Part shown: positions 13,866 through 28,696 of the stretch, one piece after another
Position numbering within the stretch: position 1 is the first letter of the stretch
Layout: every line of letters begins with the position of its first letter
Assembly (NCBI GenBank): GCA_048013815.1
Contig: CM106585.1
Span: 5,952,001 to 6,016,000 of the forward strand
Source of the DNA: Setoptus koraiensis
Taxonomy: Eukaryota; Animalia; Arthropoda
DNA length: 64,000 bases
Direction of reading: 5' to 3'
Position numbers and translations under genes: made by a program
The notes under the pieces: generated by a model
Told to the model about the DNA's origin: nothing
Seen by the model: only the letters and a program-made list of their open reading frames with translations
Database searches by the model: none

Positions 13866-13871
<6 letters not shown>

Positions 13872-13902
<31 letters not shown>
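13872..13902. repeat. (GT)n microsatellite
   Basis: About 15 GT units; further CA/GT tracts near 13365-13393, 13440-13462 and 13960-13983. Confidence 0.9.
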
Positions 13903-13904
<2 letters not shown>

Positions 13905-14307
13905 TCAGTGTGAGTCAGTGTGGGAATCACCCGCTTGTTACGCTGCTGTTGGCCCCACGACACACACACACACGCACGCACACAGGAAAGATTCGATTTG
14001 TGCGTAGATTCGATTTGTGTGTGTGTGTAGGGCCGTTGCGTGGCACAGGGCGCACAGTGAGCGAACAAGGCCCCAGTGTGCTGTTGGGACGACTCTTTGG
14101 AGAGAACAGATTCCGCTCGTTGCATTCAATTCGAATTCGAATGCGAACGCGATTCCGTTCGACGCAACCGACAATTGTTAATTTGAATAAGAATGGTTGT
14201 AAGTGAGACAAACGAACGCACAAGACACCAATAACGGACAACAAATAGAGACATCGAGCTTGTGTAGCGAGATCGCACGCCAGCAGTAATCGATCGACAC
14301 CCAAGCA

Positions 14308-14368
14308 CCGATTCGCTCCTTCGATTCGCTCTCCACCGATTCGCTCTCCACCGATTCGCTCTCAAGCC

Positions 14369-14413
<45 letters not shown>
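14308..14413. repeat. Four copies of a ~15-bp unit (core CGATTCGCTC) abutting an (AC)~22 microsatellite
   Basis: Units start at 14308, 14322, 14336 and 14351; AC tract at 14370-14413. Confidence 0.9.
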
Positions 14414-14415
<2 letters not shown>

Positions 14416-14809
14416 GCCAGTGGCAGTATCATGTGAGATTGTCGCATTCGTTTTGGCGCCCGCTCAACTGAAACAGTCAAAACACGACAGCGTACATGTC
14501 ATTGCGTCATCATCATCATCGCATCTAATCAATTCCAATCAAACCACATATTATTTGTATTTAGTTATCGATATTGTACTAGTTGATATTATTAGGTATA
14601 TTATTCAGTATTATTGGGTATTATTGGGCATCATTGGTCGAGATTTACATTGGTCGGCCGTGTTAAGCATCCAGCGGATAAACTCTCATTAGACGCAAAC
14701 TCGCATTTTTAATTGGCACTTGCACCCACACAGTGCCAAACAACCCGATATTCACACATTTCAACCAACAATCCACCACAAGCACGCAACCAATAGCAAC
14801 TAAACAACA

Positions 14810-15423
14810 ATGGCCGAAGCGGGAACGACACTATACTGGCTAGAGACATGGTGCGGACAAATATCCACCGGAGCGTCGGCCTTTGTCTCGTTATGTGGTC
14901 TCATCACTCTGTTCGCCGCTGGCACATCATGCAAATTTGCTGCCATACTACAAATGTATGTACTCCACTTATTAGTACCCTACTTTCCATACAATTGTAC
15001 TGCATTCCAATTATTTCCATTATTTTCATCAAACCACCAACTAACACTCACTACTGTTCTTCTCGCCCCCCGCCCTCCAATAACAAATGTGTAACACAAA
15101 TATCCAGTGTCGCAGGTCTGATCGTCATAGCCATCGAGGCGCCCAATTTTCTCGGGATGCTAGCATTTGCCGCACCAGTGGGTGCCTTCTTTGAGGGAAA
15201 ACCAAACTGGATGAAAATAGCCGTTTATGGAGCTCTAACAGTCATACCTTTATTTGCTGGCTGCTTTAAAGCTTTCATTATACTCGGTTTCTTAGCGTCA
15301 GGCGCGGTGACAGTCATACACGCATTCCTTTTATTTGGCAGAAGGCAACCATCAGAGAATCTCAGATTTCAAGGTGGCCCAGGGGGACCAAATGATCAAC
15401 CGTACTCACCAACGTCCCCCTAA
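14810..15423 (+). CDS. fwe: Calcium channel flower homolog (CACFD1 family), 153 aa
   Basis: Exons 14810-14955 and 15108-15423; phase-2 intron GTATGT...CCAG. Spliced product SCKFAAILQI-VAGLIVIAIEAP...KPNWMKIAVY matches the Flower pattern SCLVAGILQMVAGFVVMLLEAP...KPLYFRAGLY; the conserved EAP glutamate is present. Confidence 0.85.
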
Positions 15424-17066
15424 TCGGTCAGTCTTCAGTAGTGCGATCTGACCGGAATCTCACCTACCACACAAAACGATTACGTGTATTTATATATTTT
15501 GCATCTCTATTGATCGCATGCATCTCTTTTCCTCTATACATAGTGTCGCACCATCCCAACTGTGTAACTTTTTCATTCATTAATGGCCAATCAACGCATC
15601 ATCTTAATATAACATTGTATAGATATACCAACAACAATAATATTGTCAGCATTGTTATTGTAATAATTGAACTATTCTATACACGATTGCTATAATTTTA
15701 TAATAGGATAAAAAAACAAGCTGTTTTGACCAAATAATAACTATGAATCTTTTAATTTAACTTATAATTTTACAAATTAGCCTTTGCAAACTCTTAGAGT
15801 AACAAAATATACTTATAGAATCATCGAGTAAATTGTAAGCAAATAAAAGAAAAATCCATCAGTCAATTCTAATTGCTGACGCTAGAATTGGTTCCAGATC
15901 AGAGTAAAGAATATAAATTGAGCAAGATCATTATAGAATTTCCTATTCATGACATAATTGCAGCTTGCGCAATTAATTTTTCCAGGGGTGCAGCTTATCA
16001 CTCACAGGCCATGAAAATTCTCTAAGAAGCAGTTGACAAGTATCGATATTTCTTTCAAAACATAACATGTTACATGTAACTATTTCAAGGCGACAAAATG
16101 TGAAGAAGAAAAGTTACCTCTCAAAGTCAACTTAAGCAGTGTTTAATTGTCCTGCAACCAATTAGAGCGATTATTGCGAACCATCCACCGACAATTAATG
16201 TTAAAATCAGAGAAATCATAGTTCTTCTGTAGTTTCGAAATATTCCGTCTCGTTCCTACACGTTGATTGCTACATTTGATTCAATCAAAACGACGAAAGT
16301 GAGAGAGAAACTAGCATTCAACGTCTACGACAGCAACAAGTGTTGAATCTTCTGAAGGTGTCACTGCCATATCCCTTGATCACCATGACAGTATGTGAGT
16401 ATGTAGTGTGTGATTAGTGGATAACTTAAATAACTTATATAATCTGGTTTCTCGGCTGTCATCAGTATCGGTGTAATAACTCAAGGAAGTGAAACTCAGA
16501 GTCACGAGTGAATAGATAGCTGAGGCTATTATTAAATCGGCGATAGTGTTATGTGATAGCTAATAGTGTTATCAACTGATGCTATTTGATTCATGTCGAA
16601 GGAAGTTTTAGACAATATCAGAGTTGAGCGTACGAATAATTTATTGAAGTAACTATTAGAATTTGACAATATTTTTAATAGGATCGTCAACGAATTCGTC
16701 GAACTACAGAGGAAATGATAAATTGTTTAAAAAAAGAATTCAGTTTGTCCGTATTCAAAAAATAGGCGGTAGTTAATTAGTGACCGATCATGATTATGAT
16801 CAGGTCGTATTTTTACAGGCATAGAACTATGTCAATTTCTGTCTCAATCGCTTAGCTCGTAACAATTGACGTTGATCGAGAATGCTACATGTAGAACAAG
16901 CAGTAATTAAGTATCGAAGGAAACACTCAAGTAAAATTTATCACAATTTGCATCTTATTTTTTCCTATAGTAACTGATAGTTTTTAGACTTTTGATGTAG
17001 CCAAAGTATCCAGTGTCAACGTTAGATTTTCCTATTACTGATACATGAATAAATGATGTCAAAAAT

Positions 17067-21302
<4,236 letters not shown>

Positions 21303-22876
21303 ATTTGTGTGTGTTTTCCTGATTGTGGAAGGGCTCGACTATGTGTGTGTATTATTATTTTCTGTCTATAGAGTTTGTCTAAATGGGATGTGCAATTTGG
21401 ACATTTGCAAAATAGTTTGTTCTGTAGTGATTGTTTGTCTCAATTAAAATATTGATTGATTCTAGTGATGTGTATAAATGACACAATTTATTTGTATCAA
21501 TATGCATATTCTGTCAGGCGCTGCGTTGCCGATAATAGTAGCGTACAGACTTTTCCTCGTAGACGTATTCTTTCCTTCAAATTGAGTTGGTATGATTGAT
21601 GTAGCTTGCGTGTACCATATCGTGCAAAGTTGTACATCATTTACAAGTTACGAAGCCACCAGCATTGATTTACCTGGCTCCTAATTTTCTCAGGTTGATG
21701 AATAATATTTGCTGATATGTCTGTATGTACGTATATAAATGCAATGCGAATCAATCGTTAGAGCTCTGATAGATTTAGATTATTTGCCTGCGCTAATCAT
21801 CGACGGGCCTGCAGCTGTGACAGGGTAAATCTCGGAAATTATTATCTTTCAGATAGTTGTATCGACAGCAGCAGCAGTGATCGTAGAGTAAAGCAGTATT
21901 AATACTCAACACGGTCTAGCCATGGCCGATGTTAAATGAGCTTATATTTATAATTGTGATACAATGCACAATCCAGCACACTTTCAGGATGATACTCTCA
22001 AAATGGCTCTGTTGTAAAATGCACAAATGAGTTTCTTTTCGGGGATCGGCTTCTGCCCTACACACTTTTACACCGATTCCGATAACACGCCTCCCAGCTC
22101 ATATGTTCAGTGCTGTGATCGGCACACGCCCCCGCTTGGCAATTACGCGGACGATACGGGGCATTTGCCGGGTGTCGGCACTTTTCGCGTCGAAAAAATC
22201 TCCCCGACAGCCGTTTCAAATAGACAGCATGACAATTTAGTTTGGTCGTAACATCACAACGCACAAATTGACGCACAAACACAACAACATATCCAATCAA
22301 TGGCACACTCGCGCACACACACACTCATTCAGACAACATTGAGTCAGACGAGAACAAACACGGAGCTCCCAGTGAACATAGGGCGATCTCGTATCTCTTT
22401 GATTATTTATCCTACAATCAATAAATTTCGATTTAAAGCACCGATCTAAACGATAATCAACTAAATAACAATAATAATAATAATCACAAAACAGTATTCG
22501 TCGGAATTGGAATATCACCGGCCCTCTGAGTCATTGTAGAGGAGATACATTGACCAGTTAATTTTATTATCGATATTTAGAGGCGCTACCCTGATGCTAT
22601 CACCATCTACATAGAGTGTGTTTCTTATACATCCCACACGATGTTAACATCATTGGCTCCGCACAATTCTACATCAGAAGACTAGCTTGATATAGATTGC
22701 AGAATCTAAAACAATCGGGCTTTGATTGACAAAATAACTGTGCATATTGCTCACCACTTACTTATTTGGTTACCTCTTATTTATGTGTATATGGCTGAAT
22801 GTTTATAAAGAACACATAGGACATATATGTGTACTTTCTAACACTTGAGATATTGTGATCGTTATCTAACCAAGTC

Positions 22877-23453
22877 ATGTCTCTCGATATTAACAGCGTC
22901 AATATGACTACTACCACAACCAATGACGCAGCTGTCTCATCGACGACATCCACCAATGACAATGTAGCGACCGGACACCATCATACCGCCTCTGCTATAA
23001 ACTCAAATCTCGTAAATAGTACATCCTCCATTCGGGCAATAGACCTAGCACAAACTACCAGGATGGCCACACAAGTTATGGAGTCATACCTTAACGGCAA
23101 GGAGTATCAACATCAACAATCTAATGAATGGAGCAAATGTATAGTTGATGAAGTTCTAGAAAAGATCAAAAGCGCTCAGACTGAGGAGAAGGCAAACCGT
23201 TACAAATACATAGGTGAGTTAAATATGAATGAATTATTCAACCCTTAGTATACAGTGGGCGACAGATATAAAACTTATCTTCAAAATTTCTTCCTTTGCA
23301 GTGAATTGCGCTATTCAGAGGCATGGTTCTGGACTCCAATCTTCCACAGCCTGTTTGTGGAATGTTGCCACCGATGTAGCAACCTGTGTCAAATTCGAAA
23401 ACAAAAATTTACATTGTACGCTAAACATATATGCAATAGCATATGATCTTTGA
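22877..23453 (+). CDS. DYNLT1: Dynein light chain Tctex-type, copy A (162 aa)
   Basis: Exons 22877-23213 and 23302-23453 (88-nt phase-1 intron) give KYI-VNCAIQRHGSGLQSSTACLW, the Tctex-1 fold motif; T/S-rich N-terminal extension; AATAAA at 23468-23473. Confidence 0.88.
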
Positions 23454-23756
23454 AGTAGACTATTACCAATAAATTATTGATTATCTTCAGGACTGTCATT
23501 GAGCACGCCGAGGGCTTTCCAATTGTCTAAGTAATTGGCTTTCCACAACCTGACTGTACCGTCATCGCCGGACGAGGCCAGTATCGTTCCTGTAATGTTC
23601 CAAGATACTCTCCAGACTTGACCTAAGTGGTCGTCAAATTGAGCGACCGTCCTTATTTCAAATTTTTGTGATGTTTGAGATCCGTTCAAGGTCTGGTGGT
23701 CATAATGGGGTGCTTGTAGTGGTTTTATGGTTACAATTTGGACATTTTTTGAGGCA
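22908..23756. repeat. 849-bp direct repeat, copy A (identical to 27069-27917)
   Basis: Manual base-by-base comparison at offset 4161 found no differences, including the DYNLT intron; diverged homologous flanks at about 22862-22907 and 23757-23838. Confidence 0.93.
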
Positions 23757-23840
23757 CTGCCAAGCAAATGATATGATCGGCCGAGGCAAAGGTGAGATCG
23801 TAAACATGCAATCTGTAGCCTTCGCGACAGTGATTTTGAA
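23474..23840 (-). pseudogene. SEH1L: 5'-truncated SEH1 fragment
   Basis: 23474-23756 is identical to the SEH1 3' CDS. 23757-23840 is homologous but frameshifted by a 7-nt deletion and a ~2-nt insertion relative to 27918-28005. No SEH1 N-terminal half upstream. Confidence 0.88.
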
Positions 23841-23916
23841 ACAACTCAGGTAGGATTGTTTGGCTCCAAGATTCCAAGAGGGAACTATCGATGGCGAGCA
23901 CAGCAACTTGATTCTG

Positions 23917-26298
23917 TTAGTATTGGCCAGAGTCGGTCTGATTCTTTGGGGGGAGAGTTAGAGCGACCAACTCGGAAAAAATACTCTGATTCTCACTGAG
24001 ACTGGCGCACAATATTCTTTGGGTATCAAGCAATGCTTGTAGTTCTTCTCCGAAATTTTCTGGCCCGTGGGAACACTCTGTCATAATCATATCAGAGCGA
24101 TTGATCGTTGCCCCATTGACCACTAATTGATTCTGGTTCAATTTTGTATCGGTTTTGCCGTTATTATTGTTAATATTATGACCAACAAAATTATTAATCA
24201 GGAGACTATTATGACGGTGTTGCGCATTAGAGTTTGCAACCATGGTAGACAATTGATCAACAATCGACAACCAATGACCATCCTGGTTGTCCATTAAAAA
24301 GTTTATCGATTTGAGTATTGCGTCACTGCTTTCCATGAATGGCCCCAGTTCTTGTGAGAATAATATTGATTTCAGCAATGCATTCTTTGCATCGTGATAC
24401 CAATTGTCTAGCTTTTCACCAACTAGATCAAGTATTGATTTGTGACTGTTGTCTAATAATTCCTTGAGTTTTTTACAATTGTTGTGAATTCGTAACTTCT
24501 CTAAATGATGAAGTTCACTTTCATTGGCAGTCAATGAACGCGTCGATTTTTGCTTGTGCAAAAATAGCCAACTATCTTTGATTTTTGAACAAAAATGCTC
24601 CGACCTTGGGCGGGACCCCAAAAATCTGCTCGCATATAAGGCCATGTCCGATTGCCATTCTTTGGTGATTCTAGACACAATGTTACTTATCCTCTCCACC
24701 TCGGATTCCTCTAGTTTTTTGAATGTCAGTTGTAACTTCTCGAAGGATGCGATTATTTCGGCCATCTCCTTTTCGACAGTTTGTGCACTGTTAACACCCG
24801 TAATGCTCATGCATCTACTCAAATATTTTGTGGTTTTGTTAGTGTAATCTATTTGATCCTTCATTGAATTGATTACATGATGGCAAGATTTGCGTCTCTC
24901 ATTCAAATACTCGACATTTGTATCTATCAGAGTAAGTATGTGCTGAGGTACTTGAATTATCAGATCAAAATAATTTGAGCATTTGGTAATGTTCCTTTGG
25001 GTGCAATATGCTATTGCAGCACACGCCTTACTTAACTGGGCATCTTGTTCACAATTGACAGAGTTAAGTATCTCAGGAAATTTGATCTGATTGGACGGAT
25101 TAAAATGCGAGGCTTCTATGCTGTTCTGGCCCAAGTCTAACAGAATGATAGGATTGTCTGACGTTGTCGTTGGTAGCTCTCCTATGGACATGTTGCTGTT
25201 TGATATGTCTTTCTTGTTGCAAATCAAAAGTTGATGTTGCATTGGAACAAGGGCTGTTTCCTTTGAAAATTGTTTCAAAGAAGATAGATTGTCCGTTGGT
25301 TGGAGATAAAGTGTATAGTCACAGACCCTGTTAACATAGAAAACATGTATAGGCTTATGAGATAAAATATTGGTGACAGTGCTGAAAAATTGCTCGAAAG
25401 TCCACATCTTTTCAGCGTTGCACTCTAGCAAACCGGCCAATAATGGTGTAATCATGTTCTGAAATGCTATACTTAATCTACAGGTTCGCGGCAAATTTTT
25501 ACTCCATTCAATCTCACCATTCTCTGAATGCTGTATACCCGATATCATGCCAGATTCTTTTTCAGTAGTTATTCTATGCATCATTTCCTTGTTCTTTCTA
25601 CCACCATAGGGCCTAAATGGCAACGAGCCAGTGGCAATGTGAAACAATGTTACGCCAATGCTCCAGAGGTCCACTTTAGCATTGAAGGATTTGCTAGCAG
25701 GCTTGCGTAGGACGGCCCTCTCATACAGATCTGGGTGCAAATATTCCTCTGTTCCATAGAGCGACACAAATTGTTGATCCTCTTCTAGCTCACGGGCAGC
25801 GCCAAAATCCGTCAGTTTGTAAATGGATTGGCCGTCTTCGGAATGAAATCTCATGATATTGCCTGGTTTTAGATCGCGATGTATTATACGCATATCATGT
25901 AAATGTTTCATTCCGGCTGCTAGATGTTTCAAAACTGTTAAGAACTCCATTTCCTCCAACCCAAAACTGTTAGCTGGGTCATCAAGTATATTGAATAGGC
26001 TGCCTCCAGTGCAAAGTTCCATTATGAGCACTTTATGATCAGATTCCTCTTCTATTGCAATCAGTTTGACAATATTCTCATGGTTCACTTTTTTCAAAAC
26101 CTCGAATTCACGCCTCTGCACCTCGTAGGGCCTGAGATGACTCAGCCGATTGAATGCCTTCACCGCCACCAGTTCTCCGGTGGCCTTGTTCATCCCCTGA
26201 TAAACATTACCTGTTGCTCCTTTGCCCAAGACAGCCTGGGTATTCCAGATGTAATTTTTTGAACTAGTGAGATGGTTCTGGTGACTTGACATCGACAT
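23917..26298 (-). CDS. TBK1: TBK1/IKK-epsilon family serine/threonine kinase, ~793 aa, intronless CDS
   Basis: LGKGATG, VAVK, HRDLKPGN, YKLTDFGAARELEEDQQFVSLYGTEEYLHPD, followed by ubiquitin-like and helical scaffold regions. First in-frame ATG at 26298 (the ORF track starts at TTG 26322). TBK1 versus IKBKE cannot be distinguished. Confidence 0.92.
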   Translation of the reverse strand: MSMSSHQNHLTSSKNYIWNTQAVLGKGATGNVYQGMNKATGELVAVKAFNRLSHLRPYEVQRREFEVLKKVNHENIVKLIAIEEESDHKVLIMELCTGGSLFNILDDPANSFGLEEMEFLTVLKHLAAGMKHLHDMRIIHRDLKPGNIMRFHSEDGQSIYKLTDFGAARELEEDQQFVSLYGTEEYLHPDLYERAVLRKPASKSFNAKVDLWSIGVTLFHIATGSLPFRPYGGRKNKEMMHRITTEKESGMISGIQHSENGEIEWSKNLPRTCRLSIAFQNMITPLLAGLLECNAEKMWTFEQFFSTVTNILSHKPIHVFYVNRVCDYTLYLQPTDNLSSLKQFSKETALVPMQHQLLICNKKDISNSNMSIGELPTTTSDNPIILLDLGQNSIEASHFNPSNQIKFPEILNSVNCEQDAQLSKACAAIAYCTQRNITKCSNYFDLIIQVPQHILTLIDTNVEYLNERRKSCHHVINSMKDQIDYTNKTTKYLSRCMSITGVNSAQTVEKEMAEIIASFEKLQLTFKKLEESEVERISNIVSRITKEWQSDMALYASRFLGSRPRSEHFCSKIKDSWLFLHKQKSTRSLTANESELHHLEKLRIHNNCKKLKELLDNSHKSILDLVGEKLDNWYHDAKNALLKSILFSQELGPFMESSDAILKSINFLMDNQDGHWLSIVDQLSTMVANSNAQHRHNSLLINNFVGHNINNNNGKTDTKLNQNQLVVNGATINRSDMIMTECSHGPENFGEELQALLDTQRILCASLSENQSIFSELVALTLPPKNQTDSGQY

Positions 26299-27064
26299 TG
26301 CAGTTACAGGAGTTACTTTCAATCAAATTTGATGAAGATAACAATGAGATAGATTACGTGTTGTATTGTTGTTTCTATTGCACAGTTTAAATGCATCGAC
26401 GTTGTAGATAATCACCAGGAGTCGCTGGTGATTATGAGGTCAGTTTCCGATGTGCTGACGGGTGTAATAATGATGCTGTATTCAAATATTGCCCGTTTCC
26501 AGTCCAATGAATCATCCATAAAGAGAGTGTTGAATATAAACTGTGTAGCAGTGTGTAGTCGTAGAGTGGTGCACAATAGGCTGAAAAAAAGTTAAAATAT
26601 TCAAATGAGCAAAGAGGCTAGAGGAACCTGGATCTTCTCAGCTTTATGAGTGATTTGTTTCGACTAAACTTTGTTGGTTCACACAAGGAAATAATAATAA
26701 TAGTGTGGATTGTAATAATAATACTGAAAAAAAGATGATGCAAAGAACATACCGATCACAATCCTGGATAGGCTACAACAACAACTCATATAACGCTACA
26801 TCGCAATCCTTACAAACAGGTGATAGTCACTCTGATAGCACACCTACGAAATGGTTATTTTTTTTTTCTTACTCATTTAACTGTTCCTGAAAACCACTAC
26901 GGATTCTCCCAATCTCCCGCACACAATTTCGCTAACGCTTATCATTTGCCCGCGTATTCGTAGTGGTCTCCTGTCCGTACCCATGGTGCGGACATGGAAT
27001 AAACAGCTGTGAATTCAAGTCTTTATCTGACAGAGTCACGTCTCTCGATATCAACAGCGTCAGT

Positions 27065-27614
27065 ATGGCTACTACCACAACCAATGACGCAGCTGTCTCA
27101 TCGACGACATCCACCAATGACAATGTAGCGACCGGACACCATCATACCGCCTCTGCTATAAACTCAAATCTCGTAAATAGTACATCCTCCATTCGGGCAA
27201 TAGACCTAGCACAAACTACCAGGATGGCCACACAAGTTATGGAGTCATACCTTAACGGCAAGGAGTATCAACATCAACAATCTAATGAATGGAGCAAATG
27301 TATAGTTGATGAAGTTCTAGAAAAGATCAAAAGCGCTCAGACTGAGGAGAAGGCAAACCGTTACAAATACATAGGTGAGTTAAATATGAATGAATTATTC
27401 AACCCTTAGTATACAGTGGGCGACAGATATAAAACTTATCTTCAAAATTTCTTCCTTTGCAGTGAATTGCGCTATTCAGAGGCATGGTTCTGGACTCCAA
27501 TCTTCCACAGCCTGTTTGTGGAATGTTGCCACCGATGTAGCAACCTGTGTCAAATTCGAAAACAAAAATTTACATTGTACGCTAAACATATATGCAATAG
27601 CATATGATCTTTGA
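27065..27614 (+). CDS. DYNLT1: Dynein light chain Tctex-type, copy B (153 aa if started at ATG 27065)
   Basis: Exons 27065-27374 and 27463-27614. The ATG used by copy A is ACG here (27038-27040). Expression unknown. Confidence 0.7.
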
Positions 27615-27917
27615 AGTAGACTATTACCAATAAATTATTGATTATCTTCAGGACTGTCATTGAGCACGCCGAGGGCTTTCCAATTGTCTAAGTAATTGGC
27701 TTTCCACAACCTGACTGTACCGTCATCGCCGGACGAGGCCAGTATCGTTCCTGTAATGTTCCAAGATACTCTCCAGACTTGACCTAAGTGGTCGTCAAAT
27801 TGAGCGACCGTCCTTATTTCAAATTTTTGTGATGTTTGAGATCCGTTCAAGGTCTGGTGGTCATAATGGGGTGCTTGTAGTGGTTTTATGGTTACAATTT
27901 GGACATTTTTTGAGGCA
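27069..27917. repeat. 849-bp direct repeat, copy B (identical to 22908-23756)
   Basis: Same comparison as copy A. Confidence 0.93.
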
Positions 27918-28630
27918 ATACCAAGCAAATGATATGATCGGCCAATATAAGGGGCAAAGGCAAGATCGTAAACAGGATCTGTAGCGCTTGCAACAACATC
28001 AATTTTGGACCATTTTCTAGATCTTTCATTGTAATCGTATATAAGAACTTTGGGTGTTGGATTATTGGCATCGTCGCAACCGACTGCAAGCATGGGAGCA
28101 TGAATCCTTGATTGGTTCCACGTGATAGAAGAGCAAGCCATTTTACAGTTAAATTCATCCTTCATCGTCCATTGGCTTAAATTCATAATGTCTGGGGCCT
28201 CATAAACTCTCATATGACCGTCACTAGCGCATGTAACGAGCATAAGGCCTAGGTGTTTTGGAGCAAACCTGATATCGGTCAATGAGGTCCTGCTATCGAC
28301 TAGTGTTGTTCTCTTAGCCCAATGTGATTGATTTCTTTCATCTACAATTTCTTCCCAAACAACGGCCGTCCTATCAAACGAGCATGTAGCTAAGACTTGG
28401 CCGAATTCCGGATGAGCCCACGTGACTTTCCATACGCTGCCCGAATGTGATTTCCAGCTAGATTTTAATTTCCAAGTGCCACTTTCATCTAGATCCCAAA
28501 CTTTAACACTTTGGTCGCTAGAGCAAGTAGCCAGCCTTATCCCGTAATGATCATAAGCCACATCATGTATTAGATCCTTGTGGTCGGCTTGAATGTTTTT
28601 CGCTATAAATATTGGCGCTACCTTATCCAT
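27635..28630 (-). CDS. SEH1L: Nucleoporin SEH1 (WD40; Nup107-160 complex/GATOR2), 331 aa, intronless
   Basis: [66 protein letters not shown] and [20 protein letters not shown]. Confidence 0.96.
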   Translation of the reverse strand: MDKVAPIFIAKNIQADHKDLIHDVAYDHYGIRLATCSSDQSVKVWDLDESGTWKLKSSWKSHSGSVWKVTWAHPEFGQVLATCSFDRTAVVWEEIVDERNQSHWAKRTTLVDSRTSLTDIRFAPKHLGLMLVTCASDGHMRVYEAPDIMNLSQWTMKDEFNCKMACSSITWNQSRIHAPMLAVGCDDANNPTPKVLIYDYNERSRKWSKIDVVASATDPVYDLAFAPYIGRSYHLLGIASKNVQIVTIKPLQAPHYDHQTLNGSQTSQKFEIRTVAQFDDHLGQVWRVSWNITGTILASSGDDGTVRLWKANYLDNWKALGVLNDSPEDNQ

Positions 28631-28696
28631 TATTATAATAATTACTATTTAGTAAATACAAATATATATTGGTGATAATCTTCAATCAATTCATCG

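Noticed and set aside
12900-14700. Overlapping 70-205 aa ORFs rich in CV or HT repeats
   Set aside because: Artefacts of CA/GT microsatellites.
15403-15420. Flower ends in YSPTSP, like a Pol II CTD heptad
   Set aside because: A single partial copy at the end of a membrane protein; most likely chance.
16127-16219. Short hydrophobic ORF MISLILTLIVGGWFAIIALIGC (minus)
   Set aside because: 30 aa in AT-rich 3' flanking DNA with no supportable upstream exon.
21979-21996. U3 snoRNA box A'/A-like CACTTTCAGGATGAT
   Set aside because: The 18S-pairing CAGGATCA has a mismatch, and boxes B, C and D cannot be placed.
26350-26900. Two strong minus-strand acceptors (about 26724 and 26581) and a 35-codon ORF upstream of TBK1
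   Set aside because: No coherent coding model; most simply TBK1 5' UTR introns and a possible uORF.
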